DNA of 64,000 nt from Candidatus Velthaea sp. (GCA_050012475.1 JBEKHC010000007.1:1-64000); one strand, 5' to 3'; shown: positions 19,311 through 29,253, counted from the stretch's first letter. The notes: a model not told the origin generated them from the sequence alone. Numbers and translations: made by a program.

Positions 19311-19343
19311 AGCATAGCCAACCCCTATGCCAGCCCCCTGGCA
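19311..19343 (-). promoter_or_regulatory. -10-like TATGCT plus perfect dyad TGCCAG-N4-CTGGCA upstream of the HNH-tRNA unit
   Basis: TATGCT (19316-19311) lies 7 nt before ATG 19303. The dyad is at 19328-19343, where a -35 would lie; no canonical -35 is seen. Confidence 0.5.
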
Positions 19344-19445
19344 CTCTGCCCAGAATACGAGCGAGGCGCCGGGGGAATAGGGTATCCCCAACCCGGTGGC
19401 CTACTAAGAAACCGCAGGATTCTTCTTTTTTCGAAGGAGTTGCGT

Positions 19446-20510
19446 TTGCAGGCAGTGGTCCTAGTCGGTGGCGAGGGGACGCGACTGCGTCCATTGACCC
19501 TCGAGACACCCAAACCGATGGTTCCGATCATGAACGTGCCGTTTCTAGAGCGGACCATGGAGCGGCTCAAGGAAGCAGGGATCGACGAGGTCGTGCTCCC
19601 GGCGGGATACCTGCCGGCAGCAATCAGCGATCACTTCGGCGATGGGTCCCGTTTCGGCATGACGATCGACTACGTCATCGAGGACACGCCGCTCGGAACC
19701 GCCGGCGCGGTCAAAAACGTGGCTCAATACATCAAGGGTCCGTTCTTCGTGCTCAACGGCGACGTGCTCACCAGCCTCGATCTGCGCAAGATGATCGAGC
19801 TGCACGAGCGTAAGCGCGGCATGGGCGTTCTTCATTTGATTCGGGTCGACGATCCGTCGGCGTTCGGCTGCGTCGTGCACGACGAGTCGGGCAAAGTCAG
19901 CGCGTTCGTCGAGAAGCCCAAACGGGAAGAAGCTCCAACAAACGAGGTCAACGCCGGAACATATTTGCTCGATCCGGCGGTTCTCGATCTCATCCCCGAC
20001 GGACGGATGGTCTCGATCGAGCGCGAAACGTTTCCGCTCGTCGTGGCCGGTTCACGTCCGCTGTATGCATATACGACGAGCGACTATTGGATCGATCTGG
20101 GAAACCCCAAGGCCTATCTCAGCGCCCACCACAACGTGTTCGACGGCGCGATGCCGCTGGGGATCGGGCAAGGGATCGAGGGGCCCGGGGCGAAGGATGT
20201 TCCTGCTGGTTCGTGCATTACGCCGGTCTATATCGGCGACGGCGTGCGAATCGCATCCGGCGCCAGTGTCGGGCCGTACGCCGTACTCGGAGCGGGGTGC
20301 TCGATCGGCGCGGGCGCGATCGTCCGCAACTCGGTTCTCTGGGATGCCGTCACGGTAGAAGAAGGCGCGTCGATCGACGGCGCGATCGTGGCCAGCCGCG
20401 CGCTCATTGGCGCGGGTTCGACCGTCAGGCCGGGATCGGTCATCGGTCACGGTGTCATCGTCAGTTCCGGATCGGAGTTGGGAGAGAACGCGCGCGTCTC
20501 AGCAGGCTGA
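19446..20510 (+). CDS. NDP-sugar synthase (mannose-1-phosphate guanylyltransferase-like) with left-handed beta-helix tail
   Basis: AAGGAG RBS before TTG. VLVGGEGTRLRPLT..PKPM, PLGTAG, VLNGD, FVEKP, YWIDLG motifs and hexapeptide repeats. Confidence 0.93.
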   Translation: MQAVVLVGGEGTRLRPLTLETPKPMVPIMNVPFLERTMERLKEAGIDEVVLPAGYLPAAISDHFGDGSRFGMTIDYVIEDTPLGTAGAVKNVAQYIKGPFFVLNGDVLTSLDLRKMIELHERKRGMGVLHLIRVDDPSAFGCVVHDESGKVSAFVEKPKREEAPTNEVNAGTYLLDPAVLDLIPDGRMVSIERETFPLVVAGSRPLYAYTTSDYWIDLGNPKAYLSAHHNVFDGAMPLGIGQGIEGPGAKDVPAGSCITPVYIGDGVRIASGASVGPYAVLGAGCSIGAGAIVRNSVLWDAVTVEEGASIDGAIVASRALIGAGSTVRPGSVIGHGVIVSSGSELGENARVSAG

Positions 20511-20637
20511 TGCCTCGTTTGTGAAACTATCTCTTCGGGTATTACCTTAGTAGAAGATAAGCAGATTGGCCTCAGCGAGTTTGAGGGCGGCCTCTGGTCG
20601 TCTTTGGTTCGTCGGCCATTGCAGAGGTAAAATTTTT

Positions 20638-21834
20638 TTGAACACGTCGCATCGCACGCTTTTTTTAGGATCGTTTCCTCCGCGCGAATGCGGAATTGCT
20701 ACTTTCATGAAGGACGTCGTCGATAGTCACGATACGTTCTTCCGAACCAAGAGCAGAATTGTTGCGGTTGACGAGCTGGGCGGCGAAAGCCGTGTTTATC
20801 CCCCGCAAGTGATGGCCCGCTTTGGCCAGAACGATCGTGAAGCATACACCTCGATCGCGCGTTTGATAAATGCCGACTCGTGTGACGTACTTAACATTCA
20901 ACATGAATACGGCCTATTCGGCGGCGAAGACGGCGAGTGGATCGTCGACCTCATCGTAGCCGTCAACAAGCCGGTCATCGTCTCGCTGCATACCGTGCTG
21001 CCCGTGCCGTCCCCCAACCATTTGCGCGTCGCACGGCGGATTTGTGCGGCGGCCAGCGCGATCGTGGTCCTCTCACAGACCGGTCGCGATATTTTAGTTC
21101 AGCGCTACGGCATCGATGAGTCGAAGGTCCGCGTCATCCATCATGGCGTGCCCGATGTTCCCTTCCGCGCCAGCGATGTTCCCAAAGAATCGTTCGGATT
21201 CGGCCAGCGCATGGTTATCTCGACCTTCGGTTTGATCAACCGCGGTAAGGGACTCGAGTATGCCATTGATGCTATGCGCGAAATCGTCAAACGCCATCCC
21301 GAAGCCCTGTATCTCATCTTAGGGGAGACGCACCCGGTCATTCGCCGTAACGAAGGCGAGACGTATCGGGAGTCGTTGCAAGCATCGATAACTGAGCACG
21401 GTTTACAAGATAACGTCAAACTGGTCGATCACTATCTGGAATTCAACGAGTTAATCAATTATCTGCAAGCAACGGACGTTTATCTTACGCCCTATCTGAA
21501 CCCGGTTCAGATCGTGAGCGGCACCTTGGCGTACGCCGTCGGCTGCGGCAAGGCGGTCGTCTCGACGCCCTACCTGTACGCTGAGGAACTGTTGGCGCAC
21601 GGCCGCGGCTTCCTGGTCGATTTCCGCGACGCCGCGTCGATCGCCGAAACGATCACGTCGCTGCTCGACGATCCTGAGCTGCGGCATGCGACCGAACGGC
21701 GCGCTTATCGCTTCGGGCGGCAGATGACCTGGCCCCATGTCGCCGATGCCTACGGCCGGCTGTTCGTAGAACTCACCCCGCGGCACCAGCGGACGCTGCG
21801 CGTGCAGCCCGCGCCCGTCGCGTTGCCTGCGTAA
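20638..21834 (+). CDS. glycosyltransferase family 4
   Basis: FLGSFPPRECGIATF, IQHEYGLFGG, IHHGVP, TFGL..GKGLE, TPY..Q..SGTL.YA, STPY.YA.ELL. Confidence 0.93.
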   Translation: MNTSHRTLFLGSFPPRECGIATFMKDVVDSHDTFFRTKSRIVAVDELGGESRVYPPQVMARFGQNDREAYTSIARLINADSCDVLNIQHEYGLFGGEDGEWIVDLIVAVNKPVIVSLHTVLPVPSPNHLRVARRICAAASAIVVLSQTGRDILVQRYGIDESKVRVIHHGVPDVPFRASDVPKESFGFGQRMVISTFGLINRGKGLEYAIDAMREIVKRHPEALYLILGETHPVIRRNEGETYRESLQASITEHGLQDNVKLVDHYLEFNELINYLQATDVYLTPYLNPVQIVSGTLAYAVGCGKAVVSTPYLYAEELLAHGRGFLVDFRDAASIAETITSLLDDPELRHATERRAYRFGRQMTWPHVADAYGRLFVELTPRHQRTLRVQPAPVALPA

Positions 21835-21840
21835 AGCGGC

Positions 21841-22896
21841 ATGATCGCAAAGTCGTACCCCATGCTTGATCATCTCGTGGCGATGACCGACGACACCGGG
21901 ATGATCCAGCATGCAACGCACGACATCCCCAATCGCGCGACGGGCTATTGCACCGACGACATTGCGCGCGCGCTGATCGTCGCGGTCAACGCCAGCCGCC
22001 GGGGCGCAACCGAAGCGACCGGCAAACGGCTGGTGACCACGTACCTCGCGTATCTGCACGATTCGCAGACGCCCGACGGCTGGTTCCACAACTTCATGGG
22101 TTACGACCGCAGCTGGCAGGACCATCGCGGCACCGCCGACTCGTTCGGCCGGGCGCTCTGGGGTCTGGGCCATTGCATGCGTTTTGCCCCGCGTGACTCG
22201 TGGCGGCGCATCGCCGCCCGCCTTTTTGTTGCGGCGCTGCCGCACGTCGACGATCTCGAACACCTTCGCTCGCGCGCCTACGCTGCGCTGGGCATCGTTC
22301 ATGCGCTCGAAGCGCCGGACACCGATCGATTGGTCCTCCGCGCGGCGCTAGTCGCAGCAGTCCGGCCGATCGCCGACGCGTTCGCCCGTGAAGCAAGCAC
22401 CGATTGGCGCTGGTGCGAACCAGTCATGACCTACGACAACGCCCGCCTGCCCGAGGCCTTGATCCGAGCCGGTCAGGCACTCGATGACGTGCGTTTGACC
22501 AACGCCGGCCTGCAGATGCTCGCATTTTATGCTTCGGTCGTGATCGAAGGCGAGACGTTCGTCCCAGTGGGCAACGACGGCTGGTTCCCGCGCGGGGGCA
22601 CCAAAGCGCGTTACGGACAGCAACCGATTGAAGCTGCGGGGATGATCGATGCCTCCCTTGCCGCCTACGCGGCCAGCGGTGACCCGGCCAATCTCCGCCA
22701 CGCCGAGATTGCGCTCGACTGGTTCTTCGGCGGGAACACCGCCGGTGCGCTGCTGGTGTCCAACGGCGGCTGCTGCGACGGGATCGACCCGCAAGGCGCG
22801 AGCTGCAACATGGGCGCCGAGTCCACCTTGGCCTATCTCCACAGTGCGATGGCGCTGGTCCGGCCCTCGGTGGCTCGGCTGCAGATCGTCCGCTAA
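21841..22896 (+). CDS. six-hairpin-glycosidase-like protein (the C-terminal module commonly fused to GT4)
   Basis: HL..MTDDTG.IQHA, GYCTDD.ARAL, FHNFM.YDR.W, DS.GRALWGLG, TYDNARLPEAL, QQPIE, N.GAESTLA. Confidence 0.85.
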   Translation: MIAKSYPMLDHLVAMTDDTGMIQHATHDIPNRATGYCTDDIARALIVAVNASRRGATEATGKRLVTTYLAYLHDSQTPDGWFHNFMGYDRSWQDHRGTADSFGRALWGLGHCMRFAPRDSWRRIAARLFVAALPHVDDLEHLRSRAYAALGIVHALEAPDTDRLVLRAALVAAVRPIADAFAREASTDWRWCEPVMTYDNARLPEALIRAGQALDDVRLTNAGLQMLAFYASVVIEGETFVPVGNDGWFPRGGTKARYGQQPIEAAGMIDASLAAYAASGDPANLRHAEIALDWFFGGNTAGALLVSNGGCCDGIDPQGASCNMGAESTLAYLHSAMALVRPSVARLQIVR

Positions 22897-23042
22897 ATTC
22901 CTCGGTCCTCACACCGGGGATAGCTCGGCGGATTTTCTCCAGGTCGTTCAAAGACCGACTGGGAAGAGCGCAAGTCGGGCCTTTCGCGCAATGGCCCGCG
23001 ACGCTATAGGCGAAATTCGCCTGTTTGGCGAAGATACACGCG

Positions 23043-25205
23043 ATGATTGTCGAGAGCGAACTTCTTAACGACGTTCAGCGGGCTGCTGTCGAACGAACGG
23101 ATGGCCCGGTCCTGATCTTCGCCGGAGCGGGTTCCGGAAAAACCCGAGTCCTCACCCACCGCATCGCGTACCTGCTCAATACCAAGAACGTTTTCCCGGA
23201 CCGCATCCTCGCGGTGACGTTCACCAATAAGGCCGCCGGCGAAATGAAAGCCCGGCTCGAGCGGATGGTGGGCGAATCGGCCCGCGACCTTTGGGTCGGC
23301 ACGTTTCATTCCATGTGCGTGCGCATCTTGCGCCGCGACGGCCGCAAGATCGGCATCGCGTCGAACTTTGCGATCATGGACGACACGGATCAGCGCGCGA
23401 TCGTGCGCGACATCCTGCACGATTTGGATTACGACGAACGGCAGATCGCGCCCGGCGCGGCGCTGGCCGAGATCTCGAAGGCCAAAAACAACTTGTGGTC
23501 GCCCGACGTGTACGAGTCGAAAAACTCGTCGTTCATCGGTGAGCGCTACGCGACGGTCTATCGCGAATACGAACGCCGCCTCAAAGAATCCAACGGGCTG
23601 GATTTCGACGATCTCATCGGCCGCACGATCGAGCTGCTCGAAAACGACGCCGATACGCGCGTGCGCTACCAGTCGAAGTTTCGCTATGTGCTCGTCGACG
23701 AATACCAAGACGTCAACTACGCGCAGTACAAGCTCGTTTCGATTCTGGCCGGCGAGCACAAGAATCTGACCGTCGTCGGCGACGACGATCAATCGATCTA
23801 TTCGTGGCGCGGCTCCGACTACAAGATGATCCTGCGCTTCGAGGAAGACTTCCCGGGCGCGACGGTCTTCAACCTCGAGGAAAACTACCGCTCGACACAA
23901 TCGATTCTCGAAGCCGCCAACGAACTCGTCGGCAACAACGCTTCGCGGCATCCCAAGAAGCTGTTCACCAGCCGTGCCGCCGGCGAGCCGATCACCGCGT
24001 ATCAAGCGGAATCCGAGCGCGCCGAAGTGCGCTACGTGCTCGAGAAAGTCAAAGAACTCGTGCGCGAAGGCGCGGCCTACCGCGACTTCATCGTCCTCTA
24101 CCGCACCAACGCGCAGTCGCGCGTATTCGAAGAAGGCTTCCTCGCCGAAGGCATTCCCTATCGCGTCGTCGGCGGCGTCGGCTTCTACGCGCGCACCGAG
24201 ATCAAAGACATGCTCTCGTACCTGCGCTACATCACCAATCCGTCCGACGCCGTCGCGTTCCGGCGGATCGTCAACGTACCGCGCCGGTCGATCGGACAGC
24301 AGACGCTGGCGTCGCTGCTCGAAGCGGCAAACGCGGCGAATATGTCGGTCGGCCAAGCCGTGTTCGACAGCAATCTGCTCAAGCGCGCCGTGCCGAAGAA
24401 GCAGCGCGAACTCGAGCGTTTCGCCGAGCTCATCAACGATCTGCGCACCAAAGCCGAGTCGTTCTCGATCTCCGATCTGCTCGTCGCGGTGATGGAAGAG
24501 TCGGGCTACCTGCGCGAACTGCAAGCCGATGAATCCAACGACGGCAAGGCCCGCATCGAGAACCTGCAAGAACTCGTCGGCGTTGCGCGCGAGTTCGAAG
24601 CCAACCCCGAAAACGGCAGTTCGCTCGAAGACTTCCTGGCCAACATTGCGCTGGTCAGCGATCTCGACGCGCTCGATCCCGAAGCGTCGTTCGTCACGCT
24701 CATGACGATGCACGCCGCCAAAGGCCTCGAGTTCGCCAACGTGTTCTTGACCGGCCTCGAGGAAGGCGTCTTCCCGCACACGCGCGCGCTCACCGACATG
24801 ACCGAACTCGAAGAAGAACGCCGGCTGGCCTACGTCGGGGTCACCCGGGCGATGGATCGCCTGTACTTGTCCTTCGCTGGCCGCCGCACGTTGTTCGGCA
24901 ATACCTTCAGTCATCCCAAGTCGCGCTTCATCGACGAGATGCCGTCGGTCGAAGTCATCGGCGGGATCGGAATGGGTCAACGTCCCACCGGCGGCCGCTG
25001 GCGCGAAGTGGCGATCCACGAAAACGCCGGCGCGGGCATCGGGCTCGACTTGCAAGAGGGCGACAAAGTGCGGCATCCCAAGTGGGGTGAGGGCACTGTG
25101 GTCTCGGCGGCCGGTGCGGGCGGCGACGGCCTGCTCACGATCAACTTCCCCAACGTCGGGCAGAAGATGGTGATGCTCAAATACGCCCCGCTCGAACGCG
25201 TCTGA
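23043..25205 (+). CDS. pcrA: ATP-dependent DNA helicase PcrA/UvrD
   Basis: AGAGSGKT, TFTNKAA, VDEYQD, VGDDDQSIY, NYRS, HAAKGLEF, EEERRLAYV motifs and a C-terminal Tudor domain (V.HPKWGEG). Confidence 0.97.
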   Translation: MIVESELLNDVQRAAVERTDGPVLIFAGAGSGKTRVLTHRIAYLLNTKNVFPDRILAVTFTNKAAGEMKARLERMVGESARDLWVGTFHSMCVRILRRDGRKIGIASNFAIMDDTDQRAIVRDILHDLDYDERQIAPGAALAEISKAKNNLWSPDVYESKNSSFIGERYATVYREYERRLKESNGLDFDDLIGRTIELLENDADTRVRYQSKFRYVLVDEYQDVNYAQYKLVSILAGEHKNLTVVGDDDQSIYSWRGSDYKMILRFEEDFPGATVFNLEENYRSTQSILEAANELVGNNASRHPKKLFTSRAAGEPITAYQAESERAEVRYVLEKVKELVREGAAYRDFIVLYRTNAQSRVFEEGFLAEGIPYRVVGGVGFYARTEIKDMLSYLRYITNPSDAVAFRRIVNVPRRSIGQQTLASLLEAANAANMSVGQAVFDSNLLKRAVPKKQRELERFAELINDLRTKAESFSISDLLVAVMEESGYLRELQADESNDGKARIENLQELVGVAREFEANPENGSSLEDFLANIALVSDLDALDPEASFVTLMTMHAAKGLEFANVFLTGLEEGVFPHTRALTDMTELEEERRLAYVGVTRAMDRLYLSFAGRRTLFGNTFSHPKSRFIDEMPSVEVIGGIGMGQRPTGGRWREVAIHENAGAGIGLDLQEGDKVRHPKWGEGTVVSAAGAGGDGLLTINFPNVGQKMVMLKYAPLERV

Positions 25206-25230
25206 CATGGACGCTTTCCGAGCTAGGACA

Positions 25231-25337
25231 GGCGGCTTGGGCGAAGCCCAAACGCGATGGATTGCGCGCAGCGCAATCCTCTAAACTCGCCGCTCTAAAA
25301 CGATGATGAAGAAGCGAGCGCACGAGCCTCTCGCTTC
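25231..25337. repeat. cluster of intergenic hairpins (REP/BIME-like)
   Basis: TTGGGC-GAA-GCCCAA (25237-25251), GGATTGCGC-GCA-GCGCAATCC (25259-25279), GAAGCGAG..CTCGCTTC (25311-25337). Confidence 0.55.
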
Positions 25338-25372
25338 GAGGGCGATGAGGCGAGGAACCGGGGTCACGGAAT

Positions 25373-26110
25373 TTGGCTGCTGAAACGATTCGAGTCGGCG
25401 TGGCGGGGGCGCACGGCCGGCTCGGACGCATTGCTTGCGCGGCGGTCAGCACCGCGCCTGGCTTGACGTTGGCGGCGGGGTTTGTCCGCACGCTGCCGGC
25501 GGGCGTCGGCGACGGCGGCCCGGCGCTCTTCGACGACATCGGCGCGTTCTACGCCGCCGGGCTGGACGTGGTCGTCGACTGCACCGTGTATCCGGTGTCG
25601 CTCGACGTTGCGCGGCGGGCCGTCGCGGCCGGCGTCGCGCCGGTGATCGGCGCGACCGGTTGGACCGACGCCGACGTCACGGGTTTTGCCGAGCGCTGCG
25701 AGCAAGCCGGAATCGGCGCGCTGCTCGTGCCGAATTTCTCGATCGGCGCGGCCCTGATGATGCGCTTTGCGGTCGAAGCGGTGGCGTTCATGCCGCACGT
25801 CGAGATCATCGAACTCCACCACGACGGGAAGCGCGACAAGCCCAGCGGAACCGCGCGCTTGACGGCTCGCCGGATCGCGGAAGCCGGTGGCCCCGCAGCG
25901 GTCCCGATCCACAGCGTTCGGCTGCCGGGACTGGTCGCGCATCAAGAGACGATTTTCGGCGGGACGGGCGAAACGCTGACCATTCGGCACGACTCGAACG
26001 GACACACCGCCTACGCCGCCGGGATCGTCCTGGCGGTGCGCAACGTCCGAGCCCAGCGTGGTCTGGTCAAGGGGCTCGACGCCTTGCTTTTCGCGCAAAG
26101 GACAGCATGA
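25373..26110 (+). CDS. dapB: 4-hydroxy-tetrahydrodipicolinate reductase
   Basis: GAHGRLG, IGATG, PNFSIG, EIIELHH..KRDKPSGTA, HSVRLPG..AHQE. Confidence 0.96.
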   Translation: MAAETIRVGVAGAHGRLGRIACAAVSTAPGLTLAAGFVRTLPAGVGDGGPALFDDIGAFYAAGLDVVVDCTVYPVSLDVARRAVAAGVAPVIGATGWTDADVTGFAERCEQAGIGALLVPNFSIGAALMMRFAVEAVAFMPHVEIIELHHDGKRDKPSGTARLTARRIAEAGGPAAVPIHSVRLPGLVAHQETIFGGTGETLTIRHDSNGHTAYAAGIVLAVRNVRAQRGLVKGLDALLFAQRTA

Positions 26111-27132
26111 GAGTAGCGATAGTCGGCGCAACGGGCGTCGTCGGACAAACCATCTTACAGATCCTCGACGAACGCGCGATCGCGATCGACACGTTGTTGG
26201 CGTACGCGTCGCGCGACCGCGAAACCGGAATCGTCTTTCGCGGCAAAGCGGTGCCGGTCTTCGCGGCGTCGACCGAGCGCATCCGAGCCGACCGGCCCGA
26301 CGTCGTGTTCTTCGCCTCGAGCGACGACGCGTCGGAAGACATGGCCGAGGCACTGGCGGCCGGCGGCGCGTTCGTGATCGACAACAGCGCGACGTTCCGG
26401 CTCGATCCGCGCGTCCCGCTCGTCATCCCCGAAGTCAATCCGCACGCGATCGGCGCCGACCACCGCATCTTCCCGGTCGCAAACTGCACGGCGATCGTGC
26501 TGTGCGTCGCGCTCGCGCCGGTCGAACGCGCGATCGGCTTGGCCAGCGTTCGCGTCGCGACGTACCAGGCCGTCAGCGGTGCCGGCCGCGCCGGCTTGGA
26601 GACGTTGGCCAACGAAGAAGCGGCGGCGCTGGCCAAAGGCCCGCAGCCTGGCCGCGGCGCGTTCGCGGCGCCGATCTTCCGCAACGTCGTGCCCCAAGTC
26701 GGTTCGTATGACGGCGACGGCGACACGGGTGAAGAGCAGAAGGTCGTGGCCGAAACCCGCAAGATGCTCGAGCGGCCCGATCTGCATGTCGCGGCGACCA
26801 CCGTTCGCGTTCCCGTCCGACGGGCGCACAGCGAAGCGGTCTTCTTCGAGACCAAGCGCACCACGACGCGCGACGAACTCGAAGCCGTGTTCGCTGCAGC
26901 GCCGGGCGTCGTGTATCATCCGCGCGGCATCGTCACGCCGCTGGACGTCGAGGGCACGGACCTCGTGCACGTCGCGCGCGTGCGGCCCGAACCCGATTCG
27001 GACACGCATTGGCAGATGTGGATCGTCGGCGATCAGCTGCGCAAGGGCGCGGCGACCAACGCCGTGCAGATCTTACAGACGCTCGTCGAGCAAGGCCGCT
27101 TTGCAGTCGCGGCGGGAGCGCCGCAGCGGTGA
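26107..27132 (+). CDS. asd: aspartate-semialdehyde dehydrogenase
   Basis: ATGA overlap with dapB. VGATGVVG, IDNSA.FR, PEVN, ANC, YQAVSGAG, RVPV...HS, DQLRKGAA.NAVQI. Confidence 0.96.
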   Translation: MRVAIVGATGVVGQTILQILDERAIAIDTLLAYASRDRETGIVFRGKAVPVFAASTERIRADRPDVVFFASSDDASEDMAEALAAGGAFVIDNSATFRLDPRVPLVIPEVNPHAIGADHRIFPVANCTAIVLCVALAPVERAIGLASVRVATYQAVSGAGRAGLETLANEEAAALAKGPQPGRGAFAAPIFRNVVPQVGSYDGDGDTGEEQKVVAETRKMLERPDLHVAATTVRVPVRRAHSEAVFFETKRTTTRDELEAVFAAAPGVVYHPRGIVTPLDVEGTDLVHVARVRPEPDSDTHWQMWIVGDQLRKGAATNAVQILQTLVEQGRFAVAAGAPQR

Positions 27133-28343
27133 GCCGCATCGTCGTGCAAAAATTCGGCGGCTCGTCGCTGGCCAGCGCGGAGTTGCGCGAGATCGCCGCG
27201 TCGCGCGTCTTGGCGGTGCTGCAAAACGGCGGCTTTCCCGTCGTCGTGTGCTCGGCGATCGGGCGCGCCCCCGATCCGTATGCGACCGACTCATTGGCCA
27301 AGCTCGTCGAACCCGCGCGCGGCGGTCCGAATCGCGACGCGCTCATTGCCTGCGGCGAGACGATCGCCTGCGCGGTCTTTGCCGAACTCCTGGTGTCGTT
27401 GGGGGCAGCCGCGCAGACGGTGACCGGGGGTCAAGCCGGTTTCGTCAGTGACGAACGTTGGGGCGACGCCAAAATTCTGCACGTCGATCCAACCCACGTG
27501 CTGCGCCTGATCGAAAACGGCATCATTCCGGTCGTGACCGGGTTTCAGGCGCTCTCGCAGAACGGCGCGGTCACCACGCTCGGCCGTGGCGGCAGCGACT
27601 TGACCGCGATCGCGCTGGGCGACGCGCTGTCGGCCGAAAGCGTCGAGATCTACACCGACGTGAGCGGCGTGATGACCGCCGATCCGCGGCGGATCGCCGG
27701 CGCGCATACCGTCGAGCGCGTGAACTACGCCGAGATGGTCGAACTCGCAGGCAACGGTGCGAAAGTAATGCACCACAAGGCCGCGCAGCTCGCGCACGAC
27801 ACCTCGACGCCGTATCTGGTCAAGGGCCTGCGTTCCAACGTGGGCACGACGATCGACGACGGTGCGCCGGCCGACCGCGAACAGCCCGTTACCGGCATCA
27901 CGTCGCTGCGCAACGTGACGTTCTTTCGCATCATTCAAGGCGAAGACGTCGAGCATCGCGCCGATCTCGATCTGATGATCTTCGAGCGGCTCGCCGAGCG
28001 CGGCATCTCGGTCGACATGATCAATGTCAATGCGGCCGGCGTGTTTTTCGTCTGCGACACGGAGAACGTCGACGCGGTGCGCGCCGAACTGAGCAATCTC
28101 AATCTGGCGCTGCGCGTGCGCCCCAATTGCGCGAAGCTGTCGATCGTCGGCGCCGGCATGCGCGGCACGCCCGGCGTCATGTACCGCATCGTCCGGGCCG
28201 TCACCCAGGCCGGCGTCGAGATCATCCACTCGACCGACTCGAACATCACGGTTTCGGTGCTGGTGCCGGAAGATGACACCGCGCGCGCCGAACAAGCACT
28301 TCACGATTTCTTTCGGCTAGGGCGCGAGGCGGCGGTTTCATGA
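27129..28343 (+). CDS. dapG: aspartate kinase (DapG-like, two ACT domains)
   Basis: GTGA overlap. VQKFGGSS, GFQ, TTLGRGGSD.TA, YTDV.GVMTADPR, GAKV.H, SIVGAGMRGTPG. Confidence 0.92.
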   Translation: MSRIVVQKFGGSSLASAELREIAASRVLAVLQNGGFPVVVCSAIGRAPDPYATDSLAKLVEPARGGPNRDALIACGETIACAVFAELLVSLGAAAQTVTGGQAGFVSDERWGDAKILHVDPTHVLRLIENGIIPVVTGFQALSQNGAVTTLGRGGSDLTAIALGDALSAESVEIYTDVSGVMTADPRRIAGAHTVERVNYAEMVELAGNGAKVMHHKAAQLAHDTSTPYLVKGLRSNVGTTIDDGAPADREQPVTGITSLRNVTFFRIIQGEDVEHRADLDLMIFERLAERGISVDMINVNAAGVFFVCDTENVDAVRAELSNLNLALRVRPNCAKLSIVGAGMRGTPGVMYRIVRAVTQAGVEIIHSTDSNITVSVLVPEDDTARAEQALHDFFRLGREAAVS

Positions 28344-29236
28344 AATCACTTGGGCGAATTCTCACGGCGATGGTCACCCCGTTTGCTGCCGACGGTTCCG
28401 TCGACATCAACGAGGCGTGCCGGATCGCCGAACATCTGATCGAGAACGGACACGACGGAGTAGTCGTCAGCGGAACGACCGGCGAATCGCCGGCGCTCGA
28501 GACGCACGAGAAGCTCGAGCTGTTCGCTGCGATCAAACGCCGGCTGGGCAATAGCGGCACGGTCGTGGCCGGAACGGGCGGCAACAACACCCAGCATTCG
28601 GTCGAACTCACCAAGCGCGCCGTCGAAACGGGCGTCGACGCGGTGCTCGCGGTCGTCCCCTATTACAACAAGCCGACCCAGGACGGGCTGCTCGAACACT
28701 TCGGGGCGATCGCCCAGGCGGCCGATATCCCCGTCATCATGTACAACATCCCCGGCCGGACGGGCGTCAACATGCTGCCCGAAACGACCCACGAGCTGGC
28801 CCGCCGGCATCGCAACATCGTCGGGCAAAAAGAATCGACCGGCAACGTCGAACAGCATGCCCAACTCGTGAGCGGCAACCCGCGGCCCGATGAGTTCTCG
28901 CTGTGGTCGGGCGACGACTATTTCTACCTGCCGGCGCTGGCCCTGGGCGGCTACGGCATCATCAGCGTCGCCGGGCACGTCGTCGGCCGGCGCATCCGCG
29001 CGATGACCGATGCGTTCGATCACGGCAACATGGCGGCGGCCGGTGCCATTCATCGCGAATTGCAGCCGCTGTTCACCGCGCTGTTCACGATCACCAGTCC
29101 AATCCCGATCAAATGGGCGGTGAACCGGCTCGGTTTTGCCGCCGGGCCGTGCCGCTCGCCGCTCGGTGCCATGCCCGAGTCACTCGCGCGCACGCTCGAA
29201 CCGCTCATCGCGCCGTATCTCCGGGTGCCGGCTTAG
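28340..29236 (+). CDS. dapA: 4-hydroxy-tetrahydrodipicolinate synthase
   Basis: TAMVTPF, GTTGES, PYYNKP.Q, YNIPGRT, KES, SGDD. Confidence 0.97.
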   Translation: MKSLGRILTAMVTPFAADGSVDINEACRIAEHLIENGHDGVVVSGTTGESPALETHEKLELFAAIKRRLGNSGTVVAGTGGNNTQHSVELTKRAVETGVDAVLAVVPYYNKPTQDGLLEHFGAIAQAADIPVIMYNIPGRTGVNMLPETTHELARRHRNIVGQKESTGNVEQHAQLVSGNPRPDEFSLWSGDDYFYLPALALGGYGIISVAGHVVGRRIRAMTDAFDHGNMAAAGAIHRELQPLFTALFTITSPIPIKWAVNRLGFAAGPCRSPLGAMPESLARTLEPLIAPYLRVPA

Positions 29237-29253
29237 CGCTCCACCTGCCCAGC

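Noticed and set aside
19316..19350. Sigma-54 promoter (TGGCA elements)
   Set aside because: GG-to-GC spacing is not the required 10 nt on either strand.
23004..25208. Long antisense ORFs (also 37763-39343, 42416-43729, 48877-51417 and others)
   Set aside because: Typical stop-poor shadows of well-supported genes in GC-rich DNA.
25206..25372. Lysine (L-box) riboswitch upstream of dapB
   Set aside because: The conserved L-box elements were not found. Only short independent hairpins are present.
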